Part shown: piece by piece, positions 39,212 to 51,300 of the stretch | Layout: each line of letters opens with the position of its first letter | How positions within the stretch are numbered: position 1 is the stretch's first letter | Source: an uncultured Planctomycetia bacterium | GTDB lineage: Bacteria; Omnitrophota; Gorgyraeia; Tantalellales; Tantalellaceae | Length of the DNA: 64,000 nt | Assembly (NCBI GenBank): GCA_964527765.1 | Contig: CAZGQR010000004.1 | Location: forward strand, 83-64,082 | Reading direction: 5' to 3' | Notes under the pieces: model-generated | What the model was told of the DNA's origin: nothing | Seen by the model: only the letters and a program-made list of their open reading frames with translations | The model's database searches: none | Program-made: the position numbers and the translations under genes

Positions 39212-41047
39212 ATGCGCAGAATTTTTATTTTTACAGCTATATTCTTTCTGATAGCCGTTTCCTCCTTGGCGCAGGAAGAAAGGTTCGAGGCGAGCCTTGA
39301 GATGAACAGGGCCTCCGTGGGGAACCCGCTGTATCTTTATCTTACTTTCCACGGCAGTCAGGATATAACCCGTCCGGATGTATCTTCCGTGGAAGGGTTA
39401 CGGATAAAATATGTGGGACCGTCTACGAAGATGCTGGTTGTCAACGGCAAGATATCCCGGTCCATTACGCACATGTACCTTGTCATCCCGCTTAAAAGCG
39501 GGCAGTTCGCGATAGGTCCGTTCTTTGCCGAATATCAGGGTCAGACGTATAAGGCTGACGCCGTGACACTGACCGTCAGCGATCTGCCGTCCCGGACCGC
39601 GCAGACCGGACCTTCCCCGGCGCCGTCACCCCCCGTTACCGGGCCACCGAAGGAAGCTCCTTACGTCGGTGACAGGATCTTCCTCACGATGGACGTAGAC
39701 AAGAAACTGGTATATATAAACGAGCCCGTTCTTGCCACCATAAAAGTATACGTGGACGGAATAGGGCTGAAAGACATCGAGTACCCCTCTTACCCGCACG
39801 AAGGGTTCTCAGCCGCAGAATTTTTTGAGCCGGAGAGACACCGGGAGTCGGTGCGCGGCTCCAGGTACGACGTTCTTGTTTTCAGGCAGAATCTTTTTGC
39901 CATCAAGGAAGGGGATTATGTCCTGGGACCGGCGACATTGCGCTGTAAAATGGTGGTAAGGAAGCGGACCACGCGGCGCGCCTCACTTTTCGGCAGCAGT
40001 GTCTTTGATGATGATTTTTTCAGCAGCAGGTTCGGTCACGATGTCTATCCTATCGAACTTGAATCGGTGGAGATCCCGATCAGTATTTTGCCGTTCCCGG
40101 AGAAAGGCCGGCCGTCGGATTTTCAGGGAGCGGTGGGAGATTTTGACATGGATGTCAGTGTCCGCCCGGCGAAAGTGAAGATCGGGGATCCCGTTACACT
40201 TCGCATGACCATAACCGGCCGCGGAAACCTTGACACGGTCACAGTGCCGCGCCTCGCTTCCACCGAAGAGTTCAAGACGTATGAGCCGCAGGTCACGAAG
40301 AAAGGCGGAGAAAAAATATACGAGCAGATACTCATCCCGAAGACCGACGAGGCAAAAGAGATCCCGGAAGTTTCTTTCAGCTTTTTCAATCCTTCGTCCG
40401 AAAAGTACAAGACCATACGTAAAGGGCCGTTTCCCGTGGAGGTGGTAAAGCAGCCCGAAGCTGAGCGTACGGTCAAGATGGTCTCCATGCCCGGGGTGGA
40501 GCAGATGTTCTATCCCAAGGAAAAGATCGGCAAGGATATAATCCATATAAAAGAGAACATAGGAAGATTGCGGCGCAGGGGCCGTTTTTTGTACCAAAGC
40601 TGGCTGTTCTGGCTCGGACAGCTTATTCCTTTTGCGTTTTTGTGCGTTTTTTATGTCAGCCACAGAAAAAACGAACGGATACGCAGGGATAAAGGGTATG
40701 CCCGCTTTTTAAAGGCGCCGAGAAAAGCGCGAAACGGCCTGGCCAGGGCAAAGTCATATCTGGGCAGGAACGATTTTCCCCCGTTCTATGATACGGTATT
40801 TAAGACGCTTCAGGAATATCTTGGAGACAGGTTCAACCTCCCCAGAGGCAGTGTTACCGGTCAGGTCATCGAGGACCGTCTCCGTCCCGCCGGATGCAGC
40901 GAGAAAATACTGGAAATGCTGCAGGAAGTATTTTCCCGGTGCGAAATGGCGAGATACGCTTCTTCTGTCCCCGGGGGACATGAGGCGAAAGAGACGCTGG
41001 AGAAGGTCAAGAGGATAATCGATTATCTGGAGAAGGTGAAATTATGA
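39212..41047 (+). CDS. batD: BatD oxygen-tolerance family protein
   Basis: Signal peptide, repeated Ig-like segments, FQGAVGDF, ITGRGNL, FSFFNP and a C-terminal TM. Operon context. Confidence 0.85.
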   Translation: MRRIFIFTAIFFLIAVSSLAQEERFEASLEMNRASVGNPLYLYLTFHGSQDITRPDVSSVEGLRIKYVGPSTKMLVVNGKISRSITHMYLVIPLKSGQFAIGPFFAEYQGQTYKADAVTLTVSDLPSRTAQTGPSPAPSPPVTGPPKEAPYVGDRIFLTMDVDKKLVYINEPVLATIKVYVDGIGLKDIEYPSYPHEGFSAAEFFEPERHRESVRGSRYDVLVFRQNLFAIKEGDYVLGPATLRCKMVVRKRTTRRASLFGSSVFDDDFFSSRFGHDVYPIELESVEIPISILPFPEKGRPSDFQGAVGDFDMDVSVRPAKVKIGDPVTLRMTITGRGNLDTVTVPRLASTEEFKTYEPQVTKKGGEKIYEQILIPKTDEAKEIPEVSFSFFNPSSEKYKTIRKGPFPVEVVKQPEAERTVKMVSMPGVEQMFYPKEKIGKDIIHIKENIGRLRRRGRFLYQSWLFWLGQLIPFAFLCVFYVSHRKNERIRRDKGYARFLKAPRKARNGLARAKSYLGRNDFPPFYDTVFKTLQEYLGDRFNLPRGSVTGQVIEDRLRPAGCSEKILEMLQEVFSRCEMARYASSVPGGHEAKETLEKVKRIIDYLEKVKL

Positions 41048-41820
41048 GAACGGCCGGGATATTATTATCGATCATTCTGTTTCTTACGATGGGGGCGCCC
41101 TGTCCCGCCGGAGGGGAGGGATCCCCGGAACGCACGGACCCGGAGCAGCTGTTTGCCCGAGGGAATGATCATTATGAAAAAGCCGAATACGGCAAGGCCA
41201 TAGATGAATACAAAAACGTGCTCGATGAAGGGTATGAGAGCGGCCCGCTATATTACAATATGGCCGGGGCGTATTTCAAGGCCGGCTCTCTCGGCAGGGC
41301 CATACTGAACTATGAACGGGCGAAGAATGTGATGCCGCGTGATGCCGATCTTATCAGCAATTACAGGTTCGCCCGGACCACGGCGAAAGGAAGGGTGATA
41401 CCCGAGAAAGGGATCTGGACATGGACCCCTCTCAGGTTATATTCCGCAAGTTTTACCGTGGATGAGCTTACGTGGCTGTCCTCCGGGATATATATGCTGA
41501 TCATTATTTTACTGTTCATTGCCGTACTTCGTCCGGATAAGAGCCGGCAGGTCCTGGCAGCGGCTGTTCTGCTTTTTGTTTTCATCCTGTTCAATTCAGT
41601 TGTTGTCTGGCACGAGGTCGATAAAATGGATACCGCCGCGGTCACGATCGCGCCTGAGGCTGAGGCTCTGTTCGGGCCGTTTGATTCCGCCACGGAGTTT
41701 TTTACCCTCTGGGAAGGGATGGATGTCACGATACTTAAGACCAAGGACGACTGGTATAAGGTGAGACGCGCGGACGGTAAGGTCGGATGGGTCAGAAAAA
41801 GCGATGTCGAAAGGATATAA
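41044..41820 (+). CDS. batE: BatE TPR + SH3 protein
   Basis: TPRs (LYYNMAGAYFK..GRAILNYERA), two TMs and a C-terminal SH3b (WYKVRRADGKVGWV). Confidence 0.85.
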   Translation: MRTAGILLSIILFLTMGAPCPAGGEGSPERTDPEQLFARGNDHYEKAEYGKAIDEYKNVLDEGYESGPLYYNMAGAYFKAGSLGRAILNYERAKNVMPRDADLISNYRFARTTAKGRVIPEKGIWTWTPLRLYSASFTVDELTWLSSGIYMLIIILLFIAVLRPDKSRQVLAAAVLLFVFILFNSVVVWHEVDKMDTAAVTIAPEAEALFGPFDSATEFFTLWEGMDVTILKTKDDWYKVRRADGKVGWVRKSDVERI

Positions 41821-41832
41821 CAAGGATAAAAC

Positions 41833-44800
41833 ATGGCAAAATCACTGAGAGAGAAGTTGCAGACCGATCTGGTATTGCTGGACGGCGCTTTCGGGACATA
41901 TGCCCAGTTCCTGGGGCTTAAAGACGATCATTTCGAGGACAGGCCCGGGTGCCTGGAATATCTTTCGCTTGTCCGTCCGGATTTCGTGGCCGGGATCCAC
42001 AATGATTATCTGGAAGCGGGAAGCGACGCGGTCGAGACGAATACATTCGGCGGAAACGCCGTAAAGCTCATGGAATACGGGCTGTCGGGTGAAGTGTACG
42101 GCGTCAATCTGGCCGCCACTAAACTGGCCCGCTCAGCCGCCGATAAGTTCTCCTCTTCGTCATTCCCGAGATATGTTATAGGGACCATGGGGCCCACCGG
42201 AAAGCTTCCTTCGTCGACGGATCCCGCCCTCGGGGACATTACGTACGGGGAGCTGAAAAAGGTGTATTATGACCAGGCCCTGGGCATAATAGACGGCGGC
42301 GCGGACGCCCTGCTCGTAGAGACCGGTCAGGATATGCTGGAGATGAAAGCGGCTGTCCAAGGGGCGAAAGAGGCTCTTAAGAAAAAAAGGAAGGATCTCG
42401 TAGTGATGGCGCAGTGCACGCTGGCCAATAACGGGCGCATGCTGCTTGGGACCGAGGTGTCAGCGTTCATGGCTACGATGGGTTGCCTGGATGTTGATGT
42501 CATAGGACTTAATTGCAGCACCGGCCCGGTGGAGATGGAAAGCGCCCTTGATCTTTTAAGCGCTAGCTGCCCGACTTTTATCTCATGCGTTCCCAACGCA
42601 GGGCTTCCGGTCGAAGTTGAAGGTAAGACCGTATATCCGCTTGAGCCGGGAGAAATGGCGGAGATCCTGGCGCGTTTCGTCAGAAAGTACAGGATAGACA
42701 TCGTGGGCGGGTGCTGCGGGACCGGCCCTGAACATATCCGCCGGATGCGGAAAAAACTGGGGAAATGCAGGAAGCGCGAGCATCCGGCAAATCATTTCAT
42801 CGCCAGTTTTTACAAGGGGTACGATATGAAGGAGATGGAGCTCCCCATAAAGGTCGGTGAGCGTATCAATACCCAGGGATCCCGGAAGATGAAGGAATTT
42901 CTGATAGACGAGGATTTCGACAGGATCATCGAGATCGGCAAACAGCAGCAGAGAGACGGAGCCGAGGTCCTGGATGTATGCAGCGTCCTTACGGAACGGG
43001 CAACCGAAAAAAGAGACGCCGTTATTCTCACCAAGCGGTTAGCCGAAAGCGTCCAGGTCCCCCTCATGATAGATTCTACGGATGTCGATGTGATCGAGGC
43101 CGCTCTTCAGAATTATCCGGGAACAGCATTCGTAAATTCAGCGAATCTTGAGGATGGCGGGAAGAAGGCAGGAAAGATATTCGCTCTTGCAAGGGAACAC
43201 GGCAGTTTCGTGGTGAACCTTGTTATCGATGAAGAGGGGATGGCGAAAACGGTGGAACGAAAGCTCGAAATAGCCGGGCGTTTATACAAGATAGCGACCG
43301 AAGAGTACGGCTTGCAGCCGCACCGCCTGCTTTTCGACATGCTGACATTCACGCTGGGCACCGGGGAAAAAGAATATGCCGGCGCGGCCGCGGATACGTG
43401 CGAGGCGATAGCCGAATTCAAGAAGCGGTTCCCGGAGGCGCTGACCTCCCTTGGAGTGAGCAACGTGTCTTTCGGGCTTTCCAGGGAGGGGCGAAAAGTG
43501 CTGAACATGGTGTTTCTGCACCATGCCGTCAAGGCCGGCCTGGACATGGCGATCGTGAATCCCGCGGAGTTCATTGAATACGGGGATATTCCCGGAAAAG
43601 AGCGCAGGATCGCAGAAGACCTCATATTCAATAGGCGCGGAGATGCCCTGACGCGTCTTGTCGAATACTTTGCCGGGAAGAAAAAAGAGAAAGCTGCCGC
43701 ACCCGCGCCCGGAGAAGCCGCGGCGCTTACCATCGAAGAAAGGCTTAAAAAGTGCATTTTTGACCGTGACAAGGCCGATATCATACCCCTGGTGGACGAT
43801 GCGCTGAAGAAATATGACGCAAAGGAAATAATAAACAGCATACTTATGGATACAATGAAAGAAGTGGGTGACAAGCTTGACAGCGGAGAAATGGTCCTTC
43901 CGTATGTCCTTCAGTCGGCGGAAGTTACAAGGAAAGCGATAGAGTATCTCGCAAAGTTCCTTCCCAGGGATGCCATGCATGGCCGCGGCAAGGTGCTCCT
44001 GGCCACTGTTTTTGGGGACGTGCACGATATCGGCAAGAACCTGGTGAAGATGATCCTTCAGAACAACGGTTTTTCCGTTATAGATCTTGGCAAACAGGTC
44101 CCTGTGGAAAAGATAGTCGAAGAAGCCAAGAAGAACGAAGTGGACGCCGTGGGACTCAGCGCACTGCTTGTATCGACCGCGCGTTACATGAAGGTGTGCG
44201 TGCAGGCCATGCATGATGCGGGCCTCGATTATCCCGTGCTTGTAGGGGGCGCCCCCGTTAACAGGCAGTTCGTCATGGAGATATCCGCCTTGCAGGATAA
44301 GAGCATTTATAAAGGCGGCGTTTTTTACGCCCGCGATGCGTTTACGGGGCTCAAGATCATGCGGGCCCTGACCGATCCCGAGCAAAAAAAGGAAGAACTG
44401 CAGGTGTATTACCAGCAGTTCGAAGGGCGCGGTAAAAAGACGGTCAAAGAGGGGGTAGAAAGAGGTAAGGCCCCCGAAAAGAAAGAGAAACAGACGAAAA
44501 AGAAGCCCAGGCCGCCGTTTTACGGCATACGCTCCATTTCCAATATACCCGTGGATGAAGTATTCTCCTATCTGGACGAACACATGTTGTTCGATCTTGC
44601 ATGGGGAGCTAAGCTCAAGAACAAAGATGAGAAGGAACGCCTGATAGCCGAAGAGTACAGGCCCCTGCTGAAGGAACTGAAGGAAGAAGCCATCCGCAAG
44701 AGGTGGCTGGACCTCAAAGCCGTTTACGGGTATTTTAAATGTCAGGTCCTTGACGGGTACATGGAAGTTCTTGATGAGTCCGGAGAGGTTCTTGAGGAGA

Positions 44801-45237
44801 TCCATTTCTTCCGTTCGCAGGGAACGGGAAGCGTTGCGCTTACGGATTATTTTTTCAGCGGGCCGGAAGGATATGACATCGTCGCGTTCCAGGCAGTAAC
44901 GGTCGGTGACAGGATCAACGGCGCCGTCAGGATACTCAATGAGACAAAGGAATTCACCCGCGCGTTCTTTCTCCACGGCTTGAGCGTCTGTCTTACCGAG
45001 GCCCTGGCCGCGTATGTCCATGACAGGGTGCGCCGCGAACTGAAGCTGAAAAAGGGGCAGGGGAAACGTTACAGCCCAGGGTACCCGCTGTGGAAGCAGA
45101 TAGAGGATCAGGAGAAGATATTCCGGCTCCTGGATATAGAAAAACGGCTGGATATCAGGCTGACTGAAGGGTATCAGATGGTGCCGGAGCAGAGCACTAC
45201 CGCCATGATCGTGTATAACGATAAAGCGGAGTACTGA
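41833..45237 (+). CDS. metH: Cobalamin-dependent methionine synthase
   Basis: [21 protein letters not shown] (Zn ligands), [16 protein letters not shown] (B12 His), RYSPGYP, PEQST. Confidence 0.94.
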   Translation: MAKSLREKLQTDLVLLDGAFGTYAQFLGLKDDHFEDRPGCLEYLSLVRPDFVAGIHNDYLEAGSDAVETNTFGGNAVKLMEYGLSGEVYGVNLAATKLARSAADKFSSSSFPRYVIGTMGPTGKLPSSTDPALGDITYGELKKVYYDQALGIIDGGADALLVETGQDMLEMKAAVQGAKEALKKKRKDLVVMAQCTLANNGRMLLGTEVSAFMATMGCLDVDVIGLNCSTGPVEMESALDLLSASCPTFISCVPNAGLPVEVEGKTVYPLEPGEMAEILARFVRKYRIDIVGGCCGTGPEHIRRMRKKLGKCRKREHPANHFIASFYKGYDMKEMELPIKVGERINTQGSRKMKEFLIDEDFDRIIEIGKQQQRDGAEVLDVCSVLTERATEKRDAVILTKRLAESVQVPLMIDSTDVDVIEAALQNYPGTAFVNSANLEDGGKKAGKIFALAREHGSFVVNLVIDEEGMAKTVERKLEIAGRLYKIATEEYGLQPHRLLFDMLTFTLGTGEKEYAGAAADTCEAIAEFKKRFPEALTSLGVSNVSFGLSREGRKVLNMVFLHHAVKAGLDMAIVNPAEFIEYGDIPGKERRIAEDLIFNRRGDALTRLVEYFAGKKKEKAAAPAPGEAAALTIEERLKKCIFDRDKADIIPLVDDALKKYDAKEIINSILMDTMKEVGDKLDSGEMVLPYVLQSAEVTRKAIEYLAKFLPRDAMHGRGKVLLATVFGDVHDIGKNLVKMILQNNGFSVIDLGKQVPVEKIVEEAKKNEVDAVGLSALLVSTARYMKVCVQAMHDAGLDYPVLVGGAPVNRQFVMEISALQDKSIYKGGVFYARDAFTGLKIMRALTDPEQKKEELQVYYQQFEGRGKKTVKEGVERGKAPEKKEKQTKKKPRPPFYGIRSISNIPVDEVFSYLDEHMLFDLAWGAKLKNKDEKERLIAEEYRPLLKELKEEAIRKRWLDLKAVYGYFKCQVLDGYMEVLDESGEVLEEIHFFRSQGTGSVALTDYFFSGPEGYDIVAFQAVTVGDRINGAVRILNETKEFTRAFFLHGLSVCLTEALAAYVHDRVRRELKLKKGQGKRYSPGYPLWKQIEDQEKIFRLLDIEKRLDIRLTEGYQMVPEQSTTAMIVYNDKAEY

Positions 45238-45247
45238 GGAGGGGGAG

Positions 45248-45460
45248 ATGGCTGAATGCAAGATCGCAAAGAATAAGAACAGGTGCAACTGCACCTATGA
45301 ACCGTGTTCCAAGAAAGGCGTGTGCTGTGACTGCATACAATATCACCTGAATATAGGGGAGTTCCCCGCGTGCCTTTTTCCCGATGACGTTGAAAAGACC
45401 TTTGACCGCAGTATCGAGACCTTTATAAAAACATACCAGGAACGAGGCAGATGGTGGTAA
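45248..45460 (+). CDS. Small Cys-rich protein (DUF6485-like)
   Basis: [17 protein letters not shown]...HL...PACLF. GGAGGGGG RBS; overlaps the mnmG start. Confidence 0.75.
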   Translation: MAECKIAKNKNRCNCTYEPCSKKGVCCDCIQYHLNIGEFPACLFPDDVEKTFDRSIETFIKTYQERGRWW

Positions 45461-47274
45461 CCAGGTACGATGTTATAGTGGTCGGAGGAGGGCACGCTGG
45501 AAGCGAAGCGGCGCTTGCCTGCGCGCGAATGGGGGTCAGCACGCTTCTGATCACGATGAAGAAGAACGCAATAGGGTACACCTCGTGTAATCCCTCGATC
45601 GGCGGCGTAGGCAAGGGGCAGCTGGTCAAGGAGATAGACGCGCTGGGCGGCGAGATGGCCAGGGCCGCGGATGCCAGTACTATACAGTTCCGGATGCTGA
45701 ACTCTTCCAAGGGTTACGCGGCAAGATCATCCAGGGTTCAGATAGACCGCAAGCTGTATAACGTTTACATGAGGGATCGCCTCTTGTCCCAGGAAGGTCT
45801 TGATGTCGTCGAGGATGAAGTCAAGGAAGTCCTTGTCTCGAATTCCGGGTGCGAAGGCGTGAACACCGGTAAGGGGGAAGTCTTTAAAGCGCCAAATGTC
45901 GTGCTTACTCCGGGAACCTTCATGAGGGGCATCATGCATATAGGCCTTGAGCATTTCCCCGGAGGGCGCATGGGCGAAGACGCTTCGTCGGGGTTGTCGG
46001 AGAATCTTTCTTCACTGGGTTTCCGTGTGAGCTCTTTGAAGACGGGAACGCCGGCGAGACTGGACGGAAGGACCATAGATTTTTCTTCCCTTCAGAAGCA
46101 GGAAGGGGATGAACGGATCATTCCTTTTTCCTTTTCCACCGGAGCCGTGAGCCTGCCGCAAAAACCCTGTTATATCACCAGAACGAATGAGAATACTCAC
46201 CGCATCATACATGAAGGGCTGGACAGGTCACCCCTCTATACGGGTAAAATAAGATCCACAGGGGTACGTTACTGTCCGTCGATCGAGGACAAGGTGGTCA
46301 AATTTCCCCACAGGGATTCCCATATTGTCTTTCTTGAACCCGAGGGGCTGGATACGGACGAGTATTATCCCAACGGCATATCGACGAGCCTGCCGCTTGA
46401 TGTCCAGGAGCGCATGATCCGGAGCATAAGCGGCCTGGAGAATGCGAAGATGAATAAACCCGCGTACGGCATCGAATACGATTTCGTGGATCCCACTCAG
46501 CTGTATCCCACGCTGGAGGCAAAAAAAGTCCCCGGTCTTTTCATGGCCGGTCAGATAAACGGGACCACGGGTTATGAAGAGGCGGCCGCGCTCGGCCTGA
46601 TGGCCGGGATAAACGCCGCGCGGAAGATCAGGGGAGAAAAACCGGTCGTGCTGAAAAGACCCCGGGCTTATATAGCGGTCCTCATAGACGATCTTGTCAC
46701 CAAAGGGACGAAGGAGCCGTACAGGATGTTCACCTCGCGCGCGGAATACAGGATATTGATCCGCGAAGACAACGCCGATACCCGTCTTGCTTCGATCGGA
46801 CACGATCTGGGGCTTGTCGCGGAAAACGTGCCGGAGCGCGCGCGCCGGAAAAAAGAAAAAGTCGGGGAGGAAAGAGAAAGATTGGCCGGGACGAAGGGTC
46901 CTTCCGGGGTTTCTCTGGCGCGCCTGTTGAAGAGGCCTGAGATCTCGTACGATGACATAATGAAGCTGGAGAACAGGGACTCAGAACTTTCTTATCATGA
47001 GAAAGTGCAGCTGGAGGTCGATGTAAAATATGCGGGTTATATCGAAAGGGAGCTGGCGAGAATAGAGAAGTTCTCGTCCCTGGAGAAGATCCGTATCCCC
47101 GCGGATTTTGACTATTCCATGATCGGCGGTTTATCGAACGAGATAAAGGAAAAACTTGTTTTTTCCCGTCCCCGTTCACTGGGGCAGGCTTCAAGGATCT
47201 CCGGGGTCACGCCCGCCGCCATATCGATCCTCATGGTCAAGCTGCATGCCGCAAGGAAAGCCCCGGCGAGATAA
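45451..47274 (+). CDS. mnmG: tRNA U34 5-carboxymethylaminomethyl modification enzyme MnmG (GidA)
   Basis: [56 protein letters not shown]. Confidence 0.96.
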   Translation: MVVTRYDVIVVGGGHAGSEAALACARMGVSTLLITMKKNAIGYTSCNPSIGGVGKGQLVKEIDALGGEMARAADASTIQFRMLNSSKGYAARSSRVQIDRKLYNVYMRDRLLSQEGLDVVEDEVKEVLVSNSGCEGVNTGKGEVFKAPNVVLTPGTFMRGIMHIGLEHFPGGRMGEDASSGLSENLSSLGFRVSSLKTGTPARLDGRTIDFSSLQKQEGDERIIPFSFSTGAVSLPQKPCYITRTNENTHRIIHEGLDRSPLYTGKIRSTGVRYCPSIEDKVVKFPHRDSHIVFLEPEGLDTDEYYPNGISTSLPLDVQERMIRSISGLENAKMNKPAYGIEYDFVDPTQLYPTLEAKKVPGLFMAGQINGTTGYEEAAALGLMAGINAARKIRGEKPVVLKRPRAYIAVLIDDLVTKGTKEPYRMFTSRAEYRILIREDNADTRLASIGHDLGLVAENVPERARRKKEKVGEERERLAGTKGPSGVSLARLLKRPEISYDDIMKLENRDSELSYHEKVQLEVDVKYAGYIERELARIEKFSSLEKIRIPADFDYSMIGGLSNEIKEKLVFSRPRSLGQASRISGVTPAAISILMVKLHAARKAPAR

Positions 47275-47284
47275 GCACGATAAT

Positions 47285-48202
47285 ATGGATACACATTATA
47301 ATTCCTTTAGTTCATACCTGCATAACCGGTTCGGAGAGAAGGTAAGGAAAATAAGCCTGAACGCCGGTTTTTCGTGTCCCAACAGGGACGGAAAGCTCGG
47401 CCGGGAAGGGTGCATCTTTTGCAACGAGCTGGGATTCAGCCCGTTCGCCGGTAGAACCCTTTCCCTGGAGGAGCAGATAGAGCAGTCGATCGCCCGCGCC
47501 AGGAACAAGGACGGGACGCGGAAATTCATCGCCTATTTCCAGAACGCGACAAATACGTACGCGTCCTGCCGGGAATTGAAATGCGCTTACGATGTCATAA
47601 AAGGATACCCTGAAATAGTGGGGCTTTCGATATCAACGCGGCCCGATTGCATCGATGATAAAAAGATCGATCTTATCGAAAGCTACAGGGATGATTACGA
47701 AGTGTGGATCGAGTACGGCCTCCAGACAGCGCATGACAGGACGCTTGAAAAGGTGGATCGAAAGCATACGTTCGCGCAATCGGTCGGTGCGATAGAAAAG
47801 GCCGCGCGGAGAGGAATAAAGATCGGCGCGCATGTCATCCTGGGATTGCCCGGAGAATCCAGGGAAGAGATGATCGCAACCGCGAGGGAAATATCCCGAC
47901 TTCCCGTCTCCGGAGTAAAACTGCACGTCCTGCACGTGCTTAAAGACACCAGACTTGAGGAGTTATATCGCGAAGGCAGGATAACACTTCTGAACCAGGA
48001 TGAATATATCGGTTTCGCCTGTGATTTTCTGGAGAACCTGAGGCCGGACTGCATAATTCTCAGGCTTGTCTCGGACGCAAAAAAGGAATATCTGATCGCT
48101 CCGGAATGGATAAATAACAAGCTTCTTGTCATAAAAGAAATTGAAGATGAGTTTGAGGCAAGAGGTACCCGCCAGGGCAGTACCCCTCCTTCCGTCTCCT
48201 GA
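47285..48202 (+). CDS. Radical SAM protein, TIGR01212/YhcC family
   Basis: GFSCPNRDG...GCIFC, YFQNATNTY, TRPDC, EYGLQT, HVILGLPGE. Start at ATG 47285. Confidence 0.9.
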   Translation: MDTHYNSFSSYLHNRFGEKVRKISLNAGFSCPNRDGKLGREGCIFCNELGFSPFAGRTLSLEEQIEQSIARARNKDGTRKFIAYFQNATNTYASCRELKCAYDVIKGYPEIVGLSISTRPDCIDDKKIDLIESYRDDYEVWIEYGLQTAHDRTLEKVDRKHTFAQSVGAIEKAARRGIKIGAHVILGLPGESREEMIATAREISRLPVSGVKLHVLHVLKDTRLEELYREGRITLLNQDEYIGFACDFLENLRPDCIILRLVSDAKKEYLIAPEWINNKLLVIKEIEDEFEARGTRQGSTPPSVS

Positions 48203-48291
48203 TGTAACTTTCTATAAATAAAAGAGATACATGGAAAAATGTTTCAATATTCTCTTTTGGGTTAAGATATAAAATAGGTAGAAAATACAGA

Positions 48292-48319
48292 TTGACTTTT
48301 TCTTTCTCTCTGATATAAT
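48292..48319 (+). promoter_or_regulatory. Near-consensus sigma70 promoter of the giant gene
   Basis: TTGACT (48292-48297)-16 nt-TATAAT (48314-48319) with extended TG. The ATG follows 9 nt later, with no Shine-Dalgarno. Confidence 0.7.
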
Positions 48320-48328
48320 GAATACATT

Positions 48329-51300
48329 ATGTTAAAGTTAAGAGAACTAAAAGTCATAGCTTTAGCGGTTGTGATCGCTTTTTCATTCCAGAATCTGACC
48401 TATGCCAATCCCGATCTTTTTGCCAAAAATAACCGGCAGGCATCAGATACGCTGGCGCCGGAGGGGCGTTTCCAGAATTACGGCGTTGAGGCGCAGAGCC
48501 TTATGTTCCTTGTCCGTGCGGCCCAGGAAGTTTTAGCGAAAAATATCAGGCCGGAAAAAGTAACCGATTTTATCAAGAACTCGCCCGCCCTGACCCCTGA
48601 AATAGAAGAGAAGATCGATTTTGGCCTTGTGAACATTGTCGGGGACAAATCGAACAAACTCCAAGTCGGCTATCGCGGAGAACAGGGAACGCATGTCATA
48701 ACTTTCAGCGAAAAGCCCGAGCATATCCGTGGCCGCATGCCTGATTCCGCCGGACGCGTGCAAATAGCCAATATTATCGTGGAGATCGACGTACCTTCGA
48801 AAGGCATAGAACAGCCGGGACAAGCCCCCGAGGGAGGCGCCCGGGATACACTTATAGATGAAGCAGAGGGCGATATCACAGGTGCCTCGGAAGGCGATAC
48901 CGCTATTCATAGCGGGAAAAGGCATGAGGGCAAGAAACAGTTCAGGGGGATATTCGGTATCGGGTACGGAAGATGGCTTGCCAAAAAGGTCAGCGGGGTG
49001 TTCGGCAAATGGCACGTTAAAAGAGAACCCGGGGTCAATGATGTTATAAGGAAATACTGGCGCAAAGGCAAGCCCTTAAAAGGATGCTCCGCCTGCTCGC
49101 CGGAAGAGATGTCATCCATAATGGCGGCCATCTATGCGACCATGAGCGGCAAAAAGGTGGGAACGAGCATCATCGCGAACGTGTACAAGGTCTATATCTA
49201 TGATATAGGCAGGAGAGACTTCTCCGGCGGCGTTACCACCCATTTCGGCATAAGGACCGGCACCATCCACATTACAAAGGAAGAATATGAGAGACTGAAA
49301 AAACTGGATGAACGGGAGCATGAGAAACTGGAGTCTTCGGACGAGATCCACTTTTATCACCTTGCCGCGAGAATAGCGCATGAAGTCACTGAAATAGACA
49401 GCTGGAGGAAAAAAGCCAAGGATCTTGTCGCCGAAAAGGCGATAGACAGGCTGGGGTCGATCAAGAGTAAGTACAGCGATGACTGGGCCAACGGCATAAG
49501 GAAATGGATAAGGGACAATTGCAATACGTCGGGCAAGGGAGCGGCCCAGCGGCTTGACAGGGAATTTCACAGAAAAGGGTTCGATCGGGAAGCCTGCATA
49601 CTTGCCGAGTCTCTCCTGGCTGAGAATATACTGGCCAGAAAAGGTATTTCGGACAAAGAGAAGTATTATGAAACGGTCATGAAATTGTCCCGTGAATTTT
49701 TGGAGAACGGAAAATATGACGATCTTGTCGCCGATCTGGGGTCTTCCGTAAGGATCCCCCGGGGAAAGCGCAGGGAAGCGTTCGATTCCATCGTGAACAC
49801 CCTCAAGCATTTTGATGATACCAGGGGCCGGGAAGTCTTTATCAATGTGCTGTATGCAAAGGCATCTTTCGAATATATACGCGCGCTGGACGGCGGCGTG
49901 GACAGTCTCTTGCAGAAGGATTGGAGTTTCAAGGACAAAAGCAGGGGGCTTGCGCGGCGAATGGATATTTTAAGGGAAAGTCTGGAAAAAGTAAAATATA
50001 TCGACAGTGTCTCGCGCGAAGAGATCGAGACCTGGATAGACGAGACAGGGACCAAGATAAGGGTCCCCCCTCCGGGTATAGACGCCAGGGAGGTAGACGC
50101 CCTCATCAGTATTTTTATGGAAGTGAGAAAGCTGCTTTCCGGCAGGAACCATATGCAGGAGTGGGACAAGATCTATCCAAGCGTCTTTGGTCCCGAGGAT
50201 CCGGCAAGGGAGCCGGATATCATCGGCGCCTCCGATCCGGGGGAAAGCCCGGATATTGCGAACAGCGATCCCAAAGGCCCGGAAGATACAATAAGGGCCC
50301 CGAGTCCGATCGAGCCGGACGAGATCAAGATCATCGATTTCGGCCTCGGAGAAATGAAGAGCGAGATAATATCCGAAAGCATCAGCCCCCAGAACGGTCC
50401 GGTGAAACCGCCCATGGACACCGATGCGGTGCTGAATATCCTGGAGAAGTATAAGAACTGGAATTACCGGTCCGTCAAGGGCAGGTCCACGGAGAAGAGA
50501 GAAATGACCACCGGGCGGTCGCGGATGAAAGATACCAGCCGGAAGCAAAAAGAAACCAGCCGGAAACTGGAGACCACCCAGGAGACGGCCGGGTACAAGT
50601 ATATATCAAGATTTTCGGACGATGCCATTCTCAGGGAAAAGGTCAAAAAGGCGCGCGGCAGCGCCAGGGACCTGATGAACAATCCCCTGATCCTGAGGTT
50701 GACCGAGGGGTCGAGGGATTTCAGGATGTATTATGGTTCGTCCACGGGCTATTTTGACGTGCTTGATGTCAGGAAAGACTATCCGCATATCCTTGATATC
50801 ACGATCCTGGTCGACGGCAAGAGGGACCCGATCCTCAGGGCTTATGGACAGGAAGAAATAAAAAAGATATCAGAGGGGATATCCGCGGAATTTTCAGACG
50901 TTAACAGGTTCAATCTGACCGTTGTCGGCATTGAGGATATGAGGGAAGCCTTTCGCAAAGGCTCCTCCATGTCTTCAGAGAAAAGCGCGGATCTTCAGCG
51001 CTTGTTCATCAAGCTTTATAAAGAGGATATCCAGATCGCCGGGTCCAACCTGATAGACGAGAGTTCCGGCTTTCTGTCAGAGCTTGACCACTTTGAGAGG
51101 ATCTATATCGCCGAGCTTGTATCAAAGTTCACCCAGATGGCGGCAATAAGAGAGGACATGGAAGGGCTTGAAAGACATATCGGGCTGAGCGCCGATGAGA
51201 AACAGGAGTTAAAAAAGCTCAGAGAAAACCATAATAAGACCAAACTGAAGATCGGGGAGCTGGAAACGCAGCAGGAGCGGGTCAACAACGCCATGGAGGC

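Noticed and set aside
38654-39352. Poly-Cys, poly-Leu and Ser/Arg-rich ORFs
   Set aside because: They are alternative-frame readings of the CAG/GAA-rich BatC linker.
40966-40980. TGTCCCC-G-GGGGACA palindrome containing the element motif
   Set aside because: It lies in frame within batD with no 24-bp partner box or flanking similarity, so it is probably chance.
33331-41820. MoxR-VWA-TPR cluster as a novel system
   Set aside because: It matches the well-known moxR-DUF58-batABCDE operon in order and motifs.
43282-45294. Long antisense ORFs (670 aa here; also 8800-9882, 9642-11138, 22596-23876, 51446-52648)
   Set aside because: They lie opposite well-supported genes and show no recognisable motifs. 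Such shadows are expected from codon bias.
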